Source of the DNA: a virus
Taxonomy: Duplodnaviria; Caudoviricetes
Length of the DNA: 64,000 nucleotides
Virus record (IMG/VR): IMGVR_UViG_3300027740_000003
Span: 371,005 to 435,004 of that record
Strand: one strand, 5' to 3'
The translations under genes and the position numbers were made by a program. This document shows, in pieces, positions 19,706-29,299 of the stretch; the first letter of the stretch is position 1; each line of letters opens with the position of its first letter. The notes under the pieces were generated by a model, which was not told the origin of the DNA, did no database searches, and was given only the letters and a program-made list of their open reading frames with translations.

Positions 19706-20005
19706 TTATTCTATTATATCTTTTATCATCATGTCAACACACGTATAGTTGCAATATTCTGACCCATCTATATAATACCACGAATCATTAATCCATTTAT
19801 CCCGTGATAATTCATTAACCAATCCGCCATAAACAGTATCTATAAACGTTTTTAAATCTAAAACATAAATACATTTAATATTGCATTTATTACATTTATA
19901 TACAATAAAACTTTTATAACTATAATCAATATAGAATTTATGATCTTTCTTTACTTCTTTTGGAATAATTACATTGGTTGTTTTATAATATCCTTTATAA
20001 CTCAT
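19706..20005 (-). CDS. MIKDIIE-tail protein, Zn-type
   Basis: Start refined to ATG 20005 (ATGA overlap); DHKF...CNKC...TCVDMMIKDIIE. Confidence 0.85.
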   Translation of the reverse strand: MSYKGYYKTTNVIIPKEVKKDHKFYIDYSYKSFIVYKCNKCNIKCIYVLDLKTFIDTVYGGLVNELSRDKWINDSWYYIDGSEYCNYTCVDMMIKDIIE

Positions 20006-20256
20006 TCTATAATATCCTTTATCATCATATCTACACACGTATAATTATTTATACTTTTACCATTATACATATACCACCACTGTTTTCCTTTGGAAGTTAA
20101 AGGTCTTAAAAAATCCTCAGCATTATCTAAAACAACTACACAAATTAGTTTGCATTTGCTACATACATAATACGTATAATATATTCCTTCAAAATGAAAA
20201 TCAAAATTATGATCTTTCTTTGCCCCGTCCGGTAATGGAAATTTGTTCTCAGTCAT
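20002..20256 (-). CDS. MIKDIIE-tail protein, Zn-type
   Basis: DHNF...CSKC...TCVDMMIKDIIE. Confidence 0.85.
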   Translation of the reverse strand: MTENKFPLPDGAKKDHNFDFHFEGIYYTYYVCSKCKLICVVVLDNAEDFLRPLTSKGKQWWYMYNGKSINNYTCVDMMIKDIIE

Positions 20257-20723
20257 TCTATAATATCTTTTATAGCCAAATTATCTAATATTTCTTGTTC
20301 GTATTCTGTATTTATTAAATATTTAGCGCAAAAAACAACTATTTCTTCATCATATTTAGATTCATTTATAGCTAACATGCATAGTTCTTTGGACGGTTTT
20401 CTTATCCATATAATTGCTCTAGGATAGTTTTTAATAATTTCCATTTTGTATTCTTCAGAAAGGTTTGCCGTATCAACATTAGTTAATATGGATTCATTTG
20501 TACTACCTATCGCATAAAGAATAACTTCAAGCGACGGTTCTTCTATATGAAATAGAGAATCTTCATCATTTTCCACTGCCACTTTTTGTAATCTAATTGT
20601 TTGTTGTTCTTTAGGAAGAAAATAAATATTATAAGGGTTGTCTTTAATCATTGATAATATTTGTTTTTTATTTTTTGGATCATATTCTATCGTTTTAACA
20701 ATAAGATCATTTAAAGATTTCAT
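20253..20723 (-). CDS. MIKDIIE-tail protein with helical IxxPSxE repeats
   Basis: IEEPSLEVILYAI and IRKPSKELCMLAI repeats; ends DNLAIKDIIE. Confidence 0.85.
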   Translation of the reverse strand: MKSLNDLIVKTIEYDPKNKKQILSMIKDNPYNIYFLPKEQQTIRLQKVAVENDEDSLFHIEEPSLEVILYAIGSTNESILTNVDTANLSEEYKMEIIKNYPRAIIWIRKPSKELCMLAINESKYDEEIVVFCAKYLINTEYEQEILDNLAIKDIIE

Positions 20724-20724
20724 T

Positions 20725-21489
20725 TCACAAATCCTTTATCACAACACGTTCCTTGCCAGGAGAAGCAATACAAGCAGTCATTGATTCCAATTCAACACAA
20801 GCTAATTTATCACTACCAGACATATCAATCATTAAATACTTCGGATGAACAAATATACCTTTATAATTATGTCCACATATTATTTTCTTTTCCCACGAAA
20901 CATTTTTCTTTCTATTTATTTGCATAAAATTCCACATGCTACGATCCCATAACAAAACATCATTTCCCTGCTCATCCAAAGGAATATTTGGATCACATCC
21001 GGCATGAACAAATATATACTTTTCCGTTTCATAAAACTGATATAATGCCTCTAGAAATTCAACATGTTTTTTAGGCATTATGCCTTTATAACGAGTAAGA
21101 GGAATTGCCATAGTTTCCTCTACAGATAACCCTATTTTTGTAGCATAGGATATAAGAGTATCTATTCCACCATTAGATAGCCATACTTGTTCCGGTCTAG
21201 GATCTCCTGGCAACCATAAAATTTTCATAATTCCTACAGAAACCATTAACATCCATTCATGATTTCCAGACAAACAAGTTATATTCGGTTGTTTGTCCAG
21301 TTCTGATAACGTCTCTATTACTTCGTAATTTCGTTGTCCACGGTCAATATAATCTCCAAGGAAAACCAATTCATCTTTGGGACGAAGAGGAATAATTCGA
21401 TCAAGGATTTTCTTCAAACATTGGTAATTTCCATGAATATCACCAATGACATATGTGTTCTTTTCTGCGGAAGGTCGCCATTTACTCAT
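20725..21489 (-). CDS. PPP-family (calcineurin-like) metallophosphoesterase
   Basis: GDIHG, GDYIDRG, GNHE. Confidence 0.93.
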   Translation of the reverse strand: MSKWRPSAEKNTYVIGDIHGNYQCLKKILDRIIPLRPKDELVFLGDYIDRGQRNYEVIETLSELDKQPNITCLSGNHEWMLMVSVGIMKILWLPGDPRPEQVWLSNGGIDTLISYATKIGLSVEETMAIPLTRYKGIMPKKHVEFLEALYQFYETEKYIFVHAGCDPNIPLDEQGNDVLLWDRSMWNFMQINRKKNVSWEKKIICGHNYKGIFVHPKYLMIDMSGSDKLACVELESMTACIASPGKERVVIKDL

Positions 21490-21724
21490 TTACATCACAT
21501 GATATCATCTTTACAACAACTTTTCCAGATTTATATTCCACTGTTTCTCCCCGGTCTCTAATATAAAAAGGTATTGTACCGTCCCATGTAAAACCAAATA
21601 TTGCTTCCTTTACCCATCTTTTAAGGATATTAACCATTCTTATATTTTTTCGTTTATTTTTAAACTTCTCCACCAAAGGAACCGTGATTTCAAAAACAAA
21701 TTTAATTTCACCATTGTTATTCAT
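21482..21724 (-). CDS. hypothetical protein
   Basis: 80 aa, coupled to neighbours. Confidence 0.55.
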   Translation of the reverse strand: MNNNGEIKFVFEITVPLVEKFKNKRKNIRMVNILKRWVKEAIFGFTWDGTIPFYIRDRGETVEYKSGKVVVKMISCDVNE

Positions 21725-21948
21725 TATTGTATTTCTCCCAACTCTTCTAAACTTACCTCCGCCGTCAACTTTTTTTTCATTTCGTTGGAAATAATATACT
21801 CTGCTTTAATACAACTATCTGTTTCCCATTCATTGTATTTAATTATTAATTTAGAACTAGGATAAGTTTCACTATATGTTGGTTCACCCCAATTAAACAT
21901 ATCACACCTATCATAACATAATCCTGAAGAACAATATTTTTCTTTCAT
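21724..21948 (-). CDS. hypothetical protein
   Basis: Start refined to ATG 21948 (ATGA overlap). Confidence 0.55.
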   Translation of the reverse strand: MKEKYCSSGLCYDRCDMFNWGEPTYSETYPSSKLIIKYNEWETDSCIKAEYIISNEMKKKLTAEVSLEELGEIQ

Positions 21949-22310
21949 TTCAAATTGTCCCGATGTATTTTCATTATATTCCAAATATTGGTTTCGCCCC
22001 CACCCTCTAAAGGCTGTATAACAATAAGATTTCTAGCAACTTCCGAATAATTCAACCTTCTTCTTAACGGGGCAGCAAATAGCCCGGCTTTTACACGATT
22101 CCTCAAAGAAACCGGTTTTATCTTATTTACCAAAATCCATTTAATTTTTCCTCTAGAATTTACTCTGGCTAACCCTGCCCTAACATCATCTAAATCTGCT
22201 GATTCAAAACAATATCTAACTAAAGATCTTTTAATCAAATTATCTTCATTAAATAATGATATAATTTTATCCGTTCCACCAAAACTGTTTACGAAATCTA
22301 TATTATTCAT
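21945..22310 (-). CDS. hypothetical protein
   Basis: 121 aa, ATGA overlap upstream. Confidence 0.6.
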   Translation of the reverse strand: MNNIDFVNSFGGTDKIISLFNEDNLIKRSLVRYCFESADLDDVRAGLARVNSRGKIKWILVNKIKPVSLRNRVKAGLFAAPLRRRLNYSEVARNLIVIQPLEGGGETNIWNIMKIHRDNLK

Positions 22311-22534
22311 CTTGTGCCTTTAATCCTGTCTATCCACGTCTCTAATACATTAATTATCTTTGCCGCGTTCTCAATACCTTTTTCATCTGGAGATAATATA
22401 AATGAATTAGTATCATTTTTGTCATAATCATTTTCTTGATAAACGGACATGAATGCATATGAGTCGGCGTCAATAGATATTCCAATTGATCCGCCATTGT
22501 CATCTTCACAATCTTCTAATAGTTCTAAACTCAT
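22307..22534 (-). CDS. hypothetical protein
   Basis: Start refined to ATG 22534, which has AAGGAG upstream. Confidence 0.6.
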   Translation of the reverse strand: MSLELLEDCEDDNGGSIGISIDADSYAFMSVYQENDYDKNDTNSFILSPDEKGIENAAKIINVLETWIDRIKGTR

Positions 22535-22553
22535 CTTATTAATCTCCTTATAT
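22531..22553. repeat. 23-bp direct repeat, copy 1 (copy 2 at 23580-23602)
   Basis: Minus-strand ATATAAGGAGATTAATAAGATGA is identical at both sites. Confidence 0.9.
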
Positions 22554-22556
22554 GCG

Positions 22557-22937
22557 TCATTTTTTTCCACAGCAAGGGCATTTTTGTCTTTCTTCCTGTA
22601 GGTGTTTTCCAAGTGGACAATCACAATATTTATATTCGCTCCACGAATAATCCGACGACATACTTCCGTCATTACTTTGACAATGATACTTTATCTGTCC
22701 TTCGCCTCCACACTTGTGGCATCCCTTAGGTGGGTCCGGCCACGGAGTAAAACTTTTACATTGCAGATTTTCGGCGCAGTCCCGACTTACAGCATTAGGC
22801 GCAGTACATCCCAACATCCACGACGGGGTGGATGTGTATCCTCTACTATATTAGCAAGTATAAGAACGCTCCCTAGCCAGCCTTTGCCTATCCTCGTAAT
22901 TCATGGTGTTTTTCTTGGCGTCTTTATTTTCTGTCAT
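22557..22937 (-). pseudogene. Cys-rich ORF interrupted by one in-frame TAA (22851-22853)
   Basis: ATG 22937 has an SD and ATGA coupling and is in frame with track ORF 22557-22817. Confidence 0.5.
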
Positions 22938-23101
22938 ATTACTCTCCCTAATGCTTTCCGGTTTTTCACAACCGGACAACGCAAAGTTTCTTTTACTTTA
23001 TCCGACATTTTTATACTACCCATTCTACAAATTACATTTCCACTCTCATCCACAGAATCCCATTTATCATATCCTAAAACCAACCCTGGATTATCATACA
23101 T
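22934..23101 (-). CDS. 5'-shortened paralogue of 23580-23867 (not in track)
   Basis: MYDNPGLVLGYDKWDSVDESGNVICR vs MFDNPGIVLGYDEWDSVDGNGKVICR. Confidence 0.7.
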   Translation of the reverse strand: MYDNPGLVLGYDKWDSVDESGNVICRMGSIKMSDKVKETLRCPVVKNRKALGRVI

Positions 23102-23179
23102 TACTGTCCTTGGTAGATACTAATCGCGCTACATCCATGAACCGTTTATCCCAGTTATCCACTTTCTCTACTTTTTCAT
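23094..23179 (-). pseudogene. possible dCMP-deaminase N-terminal remnant
   Basis: DNWDKRFMDVARLVST resembles the WDxxFMxxAxLVS start of dCMP deaminases; the ATG is one base out of frame and the frame stops after about 28 codons. Confidence 0.35.
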
Positions 23180-23221
23180 ACCTTCTTTTTTTTTACTAGA
23201 GCGATGTACTACTTCCCGGCT

Positions 23222-23494
23222 TTAGAAGCCAGAATTGAACTCGTTTTCGCGGTGGACCCCACCCTCGCTGCCGGCGACGCCGCCACGACCACCACCACTA
23301 CCACTGGAACGGCATCGGTTACAACGCAAGGGGTAACCAAAGTCCCAGCTCTCGTTGAGGATGTGGTCATAGCACTCTGTTTCAAAGTATTGGCACGCCG
23401 AAAACCGGCCGCGGCTTTTCAAGCCCGGGCAGTTACGGGGGCAGTGCTTGTCCCCCGGATTGCAAGGAATCTCAACACTGAGATTGATTTTCAT
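23222..23494 (-). CDS. Cys-rich hypothetical protein
   Basis: 90 aa with a Gly-rich tail. Confidence 0.5.
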   Translation of the reverse strand: MKINLSVEIPCNPGDKHCPRNCPGLKSRGRFSACQYFETECYDHILNESWDFGYPLRCNRCRSSGSGGGRGGVAGSEGGVHRENEFNSGF

Positions 23495-23579
23495 ATTACC
23501 ATACCTTCGTGCGCTTCACGGTACCACTTCTCTTTCTTAAACTTTGGTTTCTTTTTCGGAGACTCTAATTCTGTTTCTG

Positions 23580-23867
23580 TCATCTTATTAATCTCCTTAT
23601 ATCTTTTCTTGTTAAAGGTTTCATATTCTTAATCTCATCATTATATTTTTCCGACATTTTACACAATGCCTTTCTACAAATAACTTTTCCATTCCCGTCT
23701 ACAGAATCCCACTCATCATACCCTAAAACAATTCCAGGATTATCAAACATTATTGTTCTTGTTGGTGGCTCTAATTCTGCTTGTGTCAATCTTTTTTCAT
23801 TAATCTTTTCCTTTTTCCATAATAAGGAAAATGCTAATAATAACTGTTTTTTAATCCATTGAATCAT
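23580..23867 (-). CDS. hypothetical protein
   Basis: 95 aa; paralogue at 22934-23101. Confidence 0.7.
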   Translation of the reverse strand: MIQWIKKQLLLAFSLLWKKEKINEKRLTQAELEPPTRTIMFDNPGIVLGYDEWDSVDGNGKVICRKALCKMSEKYNDEIKNMKPLTRKDIRRLIR

Positions 23868-23955
23868 TTATTATAGCCTTCTGGTGGGTGATTTGTCATT
23901 AAAAAATATCCACATACATCTTTTTTACTTTCTTCTAAGCATATTTTGCCATAAT

Positions 23956-23999
23956 AAAAGGATTAGAAATAATCCAATTCGGGTTGGAACAACCCGAAT
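23956..23999 (-). terminator. double hairpin followed by U-tract
   Basis: 10-bp stem 23977-23999 and 6-bp stem 23960-23975, then TTTT on the minus strand. Confidence 0.55.
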
Positions 24000-24019
24000 C
24001 AAAATGCCTTGAGATTATA

Positions 24020-24247
24020 TCAAAAGGAAGCCCTAGCTTTTAAGTGAGGGCAGTTCACCCTATTTACTTCCACTGCACAGGTAGCAATCGTCTCTTCACA
24101 TTTAAGAACATGATATGGTGCACAATCTGGAATACAGTTATTTAACTTATAATGTTCCTTTATAAATATTGCACATACAATTATTGTAGCTATTAAGCTG
24201 GCCAAAATAATAAAAGGCAAAATATTTTCAACAAATAATCTTTTCAT
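24020..24247 (-). CDS. membrane-anchored Cys-rich protein
   Basis: N-terminal TM helix. Confidence 0.6.
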   Translation of the reverse strand: MKRLFVENILPFIILASLIATIIVCAIFIKEHYKLNNCIPDCAPYHVLKCEETIATCAVEVNRVNCPHLKARASF

Positions 24248-24462
24248 TGTTTTTCACTTTCTTTTATTGACTTTCTAAATCTATCAGCAAGTTCTTTAGC
24301 ATAATCTGCCAAATGACCATTAGTAAATATTACTGAATCAGCTTTAATATCTGTTTCCAAAATTTTCATCAATCTCTCAACTTCACCCGCTGGAGCAGCG
24401 TCTCTTAAAAGATCATAAAAGAAATTTTGAATTGGATCATATTGGTATTGTTTCTTTTCCAT
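24244..24462 (-). CDS. hypothetical protein
   Basis: 72 aa. Confidence 0.6.
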   Translation of the reverse strand: MEKKQYQYDPIQNFFYDLLRDAAPAGEVERLMKILETDIKADSVIFTNGHLADYAKELADRFRKSIKESEKQ

Positions 24463-24515
24463 ATCAGAACCTTTCTTCTACAGAGATTATTATATAAAAA
24501 CAATATATTAACAGA

Positions 24516-24746
24516 TTATGGGGCCCATGTCCAAACCCAATCCTGAGGCCAATTATCATCCGCACTAATAAGTGCGCATTCTTCACACTCCAAAATTATA
24601 CTCCAGCCATTCTTTGTTTCAACATATCCCATCAGAGGAGAAAAATTACCATGTCCCAGCAAACTTGGCCTTAACACCACTATATTAGCCCTCTTATTTA
24701 TTAAGAGCCTTGGGTCTTCTCTTTTCCAAATATCCATCAGAACCAT
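24516..24746 (-). CDS. hypothetical protein
   Basis: 76 aa. Confidence 0.55.
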   Translation of the reverse strand: MVLMDIWKREDPRLLINKRANIVVLRPSLLGHGNFSPLMGYVETKNGWSIILECEECALISADDNWPQDWVWTWAP

Positions 24747-25810
24747 TCTTCTCCAGGAATCATCATATTTGGTGCATAATTAAAATTCCTGCACAAATGT
24801 GCAGGGTGGCTTACTGCTTTAAATAATATCGAAGCGATCTCAATTGGTTTGTCAATTTTCCATCTGTAAGAAACGGCTATATGGTTAAAAGAAGTATGCA
24901 ACATGGCTCCTGAGCATTCATCACCTAGTTTCCACAAACTAGCATGGCATATAATTGGCCGATCTGATATTGGTGCCGGCTCATACTTCTTCCTCTCCTC
25001 AGGTGGCAACAAAGCCAGTTTACCACGGTCAGGTACGTTCGCCAAGGGCACGGCAGAGAGGAACCATATTGCCCATGCTGGTTGCTCAGAAGGGTCCCTA
25101 AATGTCATTAAAACCTCATCAGAAGCCACATAGTATTTCCCATCCCCTAACCTTATTGAATACTTATCTGCTATCTTTACTACATCTGCATAAATATCAT
25201 CAGCATCTTTCAATATTGAAATCACTTTTCCGTCTTTTATGAATTTTTTCAAAGCTTCTTTCATCTTTGGCTCCAAATTAATCTTTTCTTTTTGAATCTT
25301 ATCATCTGTCATTCCATAAATCGCTTTTAACACATCTCTTTGTAATATATCTTCCACCGACGCATAAAAACAAAGAAGCTTAATATGTTGTTCCAAAGTA
25401 ATGGCCGGGTCTATTCTATCATCGACAGAACACATCTTATATGCTTGTGCTGTGGCGGACAATATAGAAACCTGTCTATCCTCCTCTTCTTCTCCTAATT
25501 GCAAAGCCAACGCATCATTTTTTGATAAATGCCATTGTGGTTTAAATCTATTAAATAGTTTTTCGTTTAAGTGGCCAGCATGTTGATTAATAAGCAATTC
25601 TAATTCTGGGAGAGTAAGATCTTCTGCATTATATATATTCTTTTCTTGAAGAATTGCCGGGCCGATGCTGAGGTATTTTTTTAACTCATCAGTAGACATT
25701 TCTTCAAATTTGGCACCATTATCACTTCCTTCGGATTTTCCATATCCTTCGAAAGACTTATTCCCCCTTGCAATTGGAGTCATTGGCTTTAATATATTAC
25801 TTGTCGCCAT
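24737..25810 (-). CDS. hypothetical protein
   Basis: 357 aa open frame. Confidence 0.75.
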   Translation of the reverse strand: MATSNILKPMTPIARGNKSFEGYGKSEGSDNGAKFEEMSTDELKKYLSIGPAILQEKNIYNAEDLTLPELELLINQHAGHLNEKLFNRFKPQWHLSKNDALALQLGEEEEDRQVSILSATAQAYKMCSVDDRIDPAITLEQHIKLLCFYASVEDILQRDVLKAIYGMTDDKIQKEKINLEPKMKEALKKFIKDGKVISILKDADDIYADVVKIADKYSIRLGDGKYYVASDEVLMTFRDPSEQPAWAIWFLSAVPLANVPDRGKLALLPPEERKKYEPAPISDRPIICHASLWKLGDECSGAMLHTSFNHIAVSYRWKIDKPIEIASILFKAVSHPAHLCRNFNYAPNMMIPGEEWF

Positions 25811-26291
25811 AATAATCTTCTAGCTCTTTTTCAGCAATTTCTTTTTCTGTTTTAAAATACTCTTTTACTTTATTTATTATAACATCAGATATCCCATATA
25901 TAACAAATTTTTCTTGCCAATCCTTATCAGGTCTATCACCATAACTACTAGCTTCACCGACAGTAAGACAACAAGGATTAGAATAAACCTTAAATCCATC
26001 TATTTCCAGATATGGCCAAACTTCAACAGGGGAATCACCACAACAACCACAATCATGTCCAATTTCACATTTGTCCACCAATGAATTGACAGATTTAGAA
26101 TACCACCTTTCTCTTTTCCACCGATTGGTATGTTTTTTAAGATCAGGATATAAAACTGCTAATTTTCTTAGCTCGGCCATTTTATTTAATATTAGCGACG
26201 CCTCTTTCTTTAATAATTCTATTTGATAATCTATACATAATAATCTTTCTTGTTCCGCTAAGAATTCATCTTGTTCTTCTTTAGTTCTCAT
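25797..26291 (-). CDS. hypothetical protein
   Basis: 164 aa with CGCCGDSP motif. Confidence 0.7.
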   Translation of the reverse strand: MRTKEEQDEFLAEQERLLCIDYQIELLKKEASLILNKMAELRKLAVLYPDLKKHTNRWKRERWYSKSVNSLVDKCEIGHDCGCCGDSPVEVWPYLEIDGFKVYSNPCCLTVGEASSYGDRPDKDWQEKFVIYGISDVIINKVKEYFKTEKEIAEKELEDYYGDK

Positions 26292-27187
26292 AACAAATTC
26301 CTGTTCTTTTCAATTATTTGTTGAATGTCTCTTAATGCCTGGACGGCCTTGTCTGGATTAACAATTGCATCGGAAAGAGATCCGTAATGTTCTTCAAGGC
26401 AGTTCAAAAGGAGTTGTTTTATAGCGCCTTCATCTGGAGAGTGGCGCAGGGTAGATTCTTCGTAAAGTTTATCTAGATACTTCTCTTTCTGGGAGAACCA
26501 TTCGTTTATATCTTCCATGGACTTTTCTCCTCGACGAACGGCTTTTAGAATTTCTCTATTTCTTTCGAGGTCAAGATCTCCTTCTAGAAGAATTTGCTCT
26601 GCTTGCATGGCCAGCCGCAGAACGTGATAGGCGAATTTTGTTTCTAGTCCGTACTTTTCTACGTTTGCCGCCCTCTTTGATCCGGGCTGATATCCTTCTA
26701 TTTTCATTTTATGTAATTGTGAAAATGAGTATCCGATGTACTTTTGTTTCGCCCCCCGATGAAGGAACATCTTTCTTTTTTCTCTAATCATTTGTCCAAT
26801 ACGAGTAATATGCAATACGCATCTTTCTGGAACAAATAAAGAGTCAATCATGTTTGGATTATTCTCCATACATAATTGAAAGTATTTAACAATACTATAC
26901 ACAGAACAATCATATTCTTTTCCTTTATCCGGATCTTTAATATGATGTTCTTGATATTGTTCAAATCTTTTTATTTGATTTCCGAATCCGGGAATTTCTC
27001 CACGAAGATGGGGAAAAATCATATCTTTTGGAGGGATACAGAATCCATAGATATCGATATCACTATCATTGGAAGAAACACCATAAGCCTCTGATCCCAT
27101 AATGACTTCGTAATGAATATTAGAAGGAAGCCATTGTGGCGGATGAATAATCTGATTTTGAGCTAATCTTGATACTACACTTGGCAT
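26288..27187 (-). CDS. Pol-beta superfamily nucleotidyltransferase (RlaP-like)
   Basis: GSEAYG...SDIDIYG, NPNMIDSL, KFAYHVLRL. Confidence 0.88.
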   Translation of the reverse strand: MPSVVSRLAQNQIIHPPQWLPSNIHYEVIMGSEAYGVSSNDSDIDIYGFCIPPKDMIFPHLRGEIPGFGNQIKRFEQYQEHHIKDPDKGKEYDCSVYSIVKYFQLCMENNPNMIDSLFVPERCVLHITRIGQMIREKRKMFLHRGAKQKYIGYSFSQLHKMKIEGYQPGSKRAANVEKYGLETKFAYHVLRLAMQAEQILLEGDLDLERNREILKAVRRGEKSMEDINEWFSQKEKYLDKLYEESTLRHSPDEGAIKQLLLNCLEEHYGSLSDAIVNPDKAVQALRDIQQIIEKNRNLL

Positions 27188-27198
27188 TTTATTATTCC

Positions 27199-27498
27199 TT
27201 ATTCTATTATATCTTTTATCATTAACTCGTTTTTAGATAATACAAATATTTCTGCATCCTCAGAAAGTACCGCCAACATAATTTCTTCCGGAAAATCTTC
27301 GTTAAAAGCTATATATATTTTATAACTATTATTAAAGTTTTGAGAGATATGTTCTTTAATACAATCTCTAATTTCAACTTCAAGACAGAAACTTTTAAAT
27401 TTTGGCCAGTGAAGCCAACTCATTTTACCATTATTATAACTAATATAGAATCGTTCTCCAGATTTAATACATAAAGTTTTACACCCAACACATCCCAT
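27199..27498 (-). CDS. MIKDIIE-tail protein
   Basis: Ends VLSKNELMIKDIIE. Confidence 0.85.
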   Translation of the reverse strand: MGCVGCKTLCIKSGERFYISYNNGKMSWLHWPKFKSFCLEVEIRDCIKEHISQNFNNSYKIYIAFNEDFPEEIMLAVLSEDAEIFVLSKNELMIKDIIE

Positions 27499-27782
27499 TA
27501 TTCTATTATATCCTTAATTATCATCTCTTCTTTGGAAAGAATTTTAACACAATTTATATATTGTTCTTCAATAAAATAACCTAGAAATAAACAATCTTGA
27601 AAAAAACAAACTAATGAATAAAAATCTTCTTTTTTAGAATTAAAATCATTAAACCAATATCCGCATGTGGAAAAATCAACTTTGTTTACATCGTCTCCTG
27701 TTTTATACAGCTTTTTTATATTAGATAAGTATACTCCCTCTCCTTCTTTCAAAATAATAACTTTATGTCCTATACAAGGCAT
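27498..27782 (-). CDS. MIKDIIE-tail protein
   Basis: Ends ILSKEEMIIKDIIE. Confidence 0.85.
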   Translation of the reverse strand: MPCIGHKVIILKEGEGVYLSNIKKLYKTGDDVNKVDFSTCGYWFNDFNSKKEDFYSLVCFFQDCLFLGYFIEEQYINCVKILSKEEMIIKDIIE

Positions 27783-28150
27783 TATTCTATTATATCCTTA
27801 ATTATCATTTCATCTTCTGACAATATTTTATATCTTGTATCAGACCATTCTGATACAACAAACATTGAATATGCCCCATCTTCCCAATTTACAATAACCA
27901 TTTTAGGATCCAAACAATTCAATTTTGCAATTTCCTCAAATACACATAACATAGTTTCATAATACCAATTATACGAAACGCTATTAGTATATATTTTATT
28001 AGGATAAAATATATCGTTTTTCGTAATAGTTCCACCGACTTTGTTTTTAATATTTAAAAATTTACACATCCCCGACATTGATAAATCAAACATAATATCA
28101 TTATGATTAAGATCAAAAACAACCTCCCATTGAGATTCCTTCTTGGCCAT
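27782..28150 (-). CDS. MIKDIIE-tail protein
   Basis: Ends ILSEDEMIIKDIIE. Confidence 0.85.
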   Translation of the reverse strand: MAKKESQWEVVFDLNHNDIMFDLSMSGMCKFLNIKNKVGGTITKNDIFYPNKIYTNSVSYNWYYETMLCVFEEIAKLNCLDPKMVIVNWEDGAYSMFVVSEWSDTRYKILSEDEMIIKDIIE

Positions 28151-28428
28151 TATTCTATAATGTCCTTAATCATCATTTCATCTTCGGTAAGAATTACTAT
28201 TTTTTCCCAATCATATGCTATAATAAAATTGTAATAATTTTTCCACATAAAAGTATATATTATTGTAGGATCGGGCAAAGTTTGAAACCCTTTATATATA
28301 TCTTTATAATTCACATGTTGGTTATAACCAAGCCTTTTATTAAACAAACGTATATATTTTTTATTACCATGCACAATAAAACCTTCATCTCCATCATTCA
28401 TAATAACAGTTTTACAAGCAATAATCAT
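28150..28428 (-). CDS. MIKDIIE-tail protein
   Basis: Ends ILTEDEMMIKDIIE. Confidence 0.85.
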   Translation of the reverse strand: MIIACKTVIMNDGDEGFIVHGNKKYIRLFNKRLGYNQHVNYKDIYKGFQTLPDPTIIYTFMWKNYYNFIIAYDWEKIVILTEDEMMIKDIIE

Positions 28429-28708
28429 TCAATGATGTCCTTTATCATTATTTCGTCTTCAGTAAGAATTTGAATCATTTCTATTTGATTTGGTTTTAAA
28501 AAACCACAAGTATAACAGCCATCATCATAAAAAATTATATACGACATCACTTCTTCGTCTTTATTTAAACCCCATTAATCCATTGAGTATAGTGCTTAAA
28601 AACATCTTCTAAAAATGGGGATTTATTAAGCCATCCATTGCCTAAATAACCACTACAACGTGCTAGCTTTCCTCCTTTAACATAAAATGTTTTATGACCA
28701 ACCAACAT
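28425..28708 (-). pseudogene. frameshifted MIKDIIE-tail ORF (not in track)
   Basis: Close paralogue of 29460-29744 (MLVGHKTFYVKGGKLARCSGY...); one base missing in the A-run at 28567-28569; ends ILTEDEIMIKDIIE. Confidence 0.85.
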
Positions 28709-28716
28709 TATTCAAT
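28677..28716. repeat. 40-bp junction repeat, 3 identical copies (28677-28716, 29713-29752, 29988-30027)
   Basis: ttaacataaaatgttttatgaccaaccaacattattcaat spans the tail end and the next gene start. Confidence 0.9.
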
Positions 28717-29016
28717 GATGTCCTTTATCATTAAATCATCTTCGGTAAGAATTATATATTTTAAATATTTAGAGTGTACCACCAATAAATAAGAACCTTC
28801 TTCCCAAAACACATTTAAAAATATTAAACTCAGATTATATAACTCTCTACTATGAATCCAAATTTTATTTTCTCGGAAAAATTTTGAATCACCCTCTCTA
28901 ATTTCATGTGGATTTTTAACGATTGACGGTTCGTCTGAAGGAAGACTACGATCAATAAATAAACACTGATCGTCTTTTAAAACAATTGTTTTAAACTCAA
29001 AATCCATATTATTCAA
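28708..29016 (-). CDS. MIKDIIE-tail protein
   Basis: Ends ILTEDDLMIKDIIE. Confidence 0.85.
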   Translation of the reverse strand: MNNMDFEFKTIVLKDDQCLFIDRSLPSDEPSIVKNPHEIREGDSKFFRENKIWIHSRELYNLSLIFLNVFWEEGSYLLVVHSKYLKYIILTEDDLMIKDIIE

Positions 29017-29299
29017 TGATATCTTTAATTATCAAATCGTCTTCGGTAAGAATGTTTATTTTATCAAGTCGTTCTAAAGGAACAATTCCGGCACTGCAAA
29101 AACCATCATCATAGAAAATGAAATACAAAACCTCCGAACAATCTATATGGCGCTGTTCTATTATTTTATTTATAAACTGAAAAGTATCCGAAAAATCACT
29201 CTTCACAATGTCAAGATTTTCATCTGAAAAATAAGCCCGCTTTGCTCCTTTTACATATTCAAATGCTTTAACATTATAATTCACTTGTTTTTGTCCCAC
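29009..29299 (-). CDS. MIKDIIE-tail protein
   Basis: Ends ILTEDDLIIKDIIE. Confidence 0.85.
   Translation of the reverse strand: MGQKQVNYNVKAFEYVKGAKRAYFSDENLDIVKSDFSDTFQFINKIIEQRHIDCSEVLYFIFYDDGFCSAGIVPLERLDKINILTEDDLIIKDIIE

Noticed and set aside
22814-22835. 8-bp hairpin ACATCCAC/GTGGATGT over ATG 22817
   Set aside because: No U-tract, and it probably lies inside the interrupted ORF; function unsupported.
28560-28575. Programmed -1 frameshift at GGGGTTTAAA
   Set aside because: The slippery heptamer is not in canonical phase, and the paralogue shows a simple one-base loss in a homopolymer.
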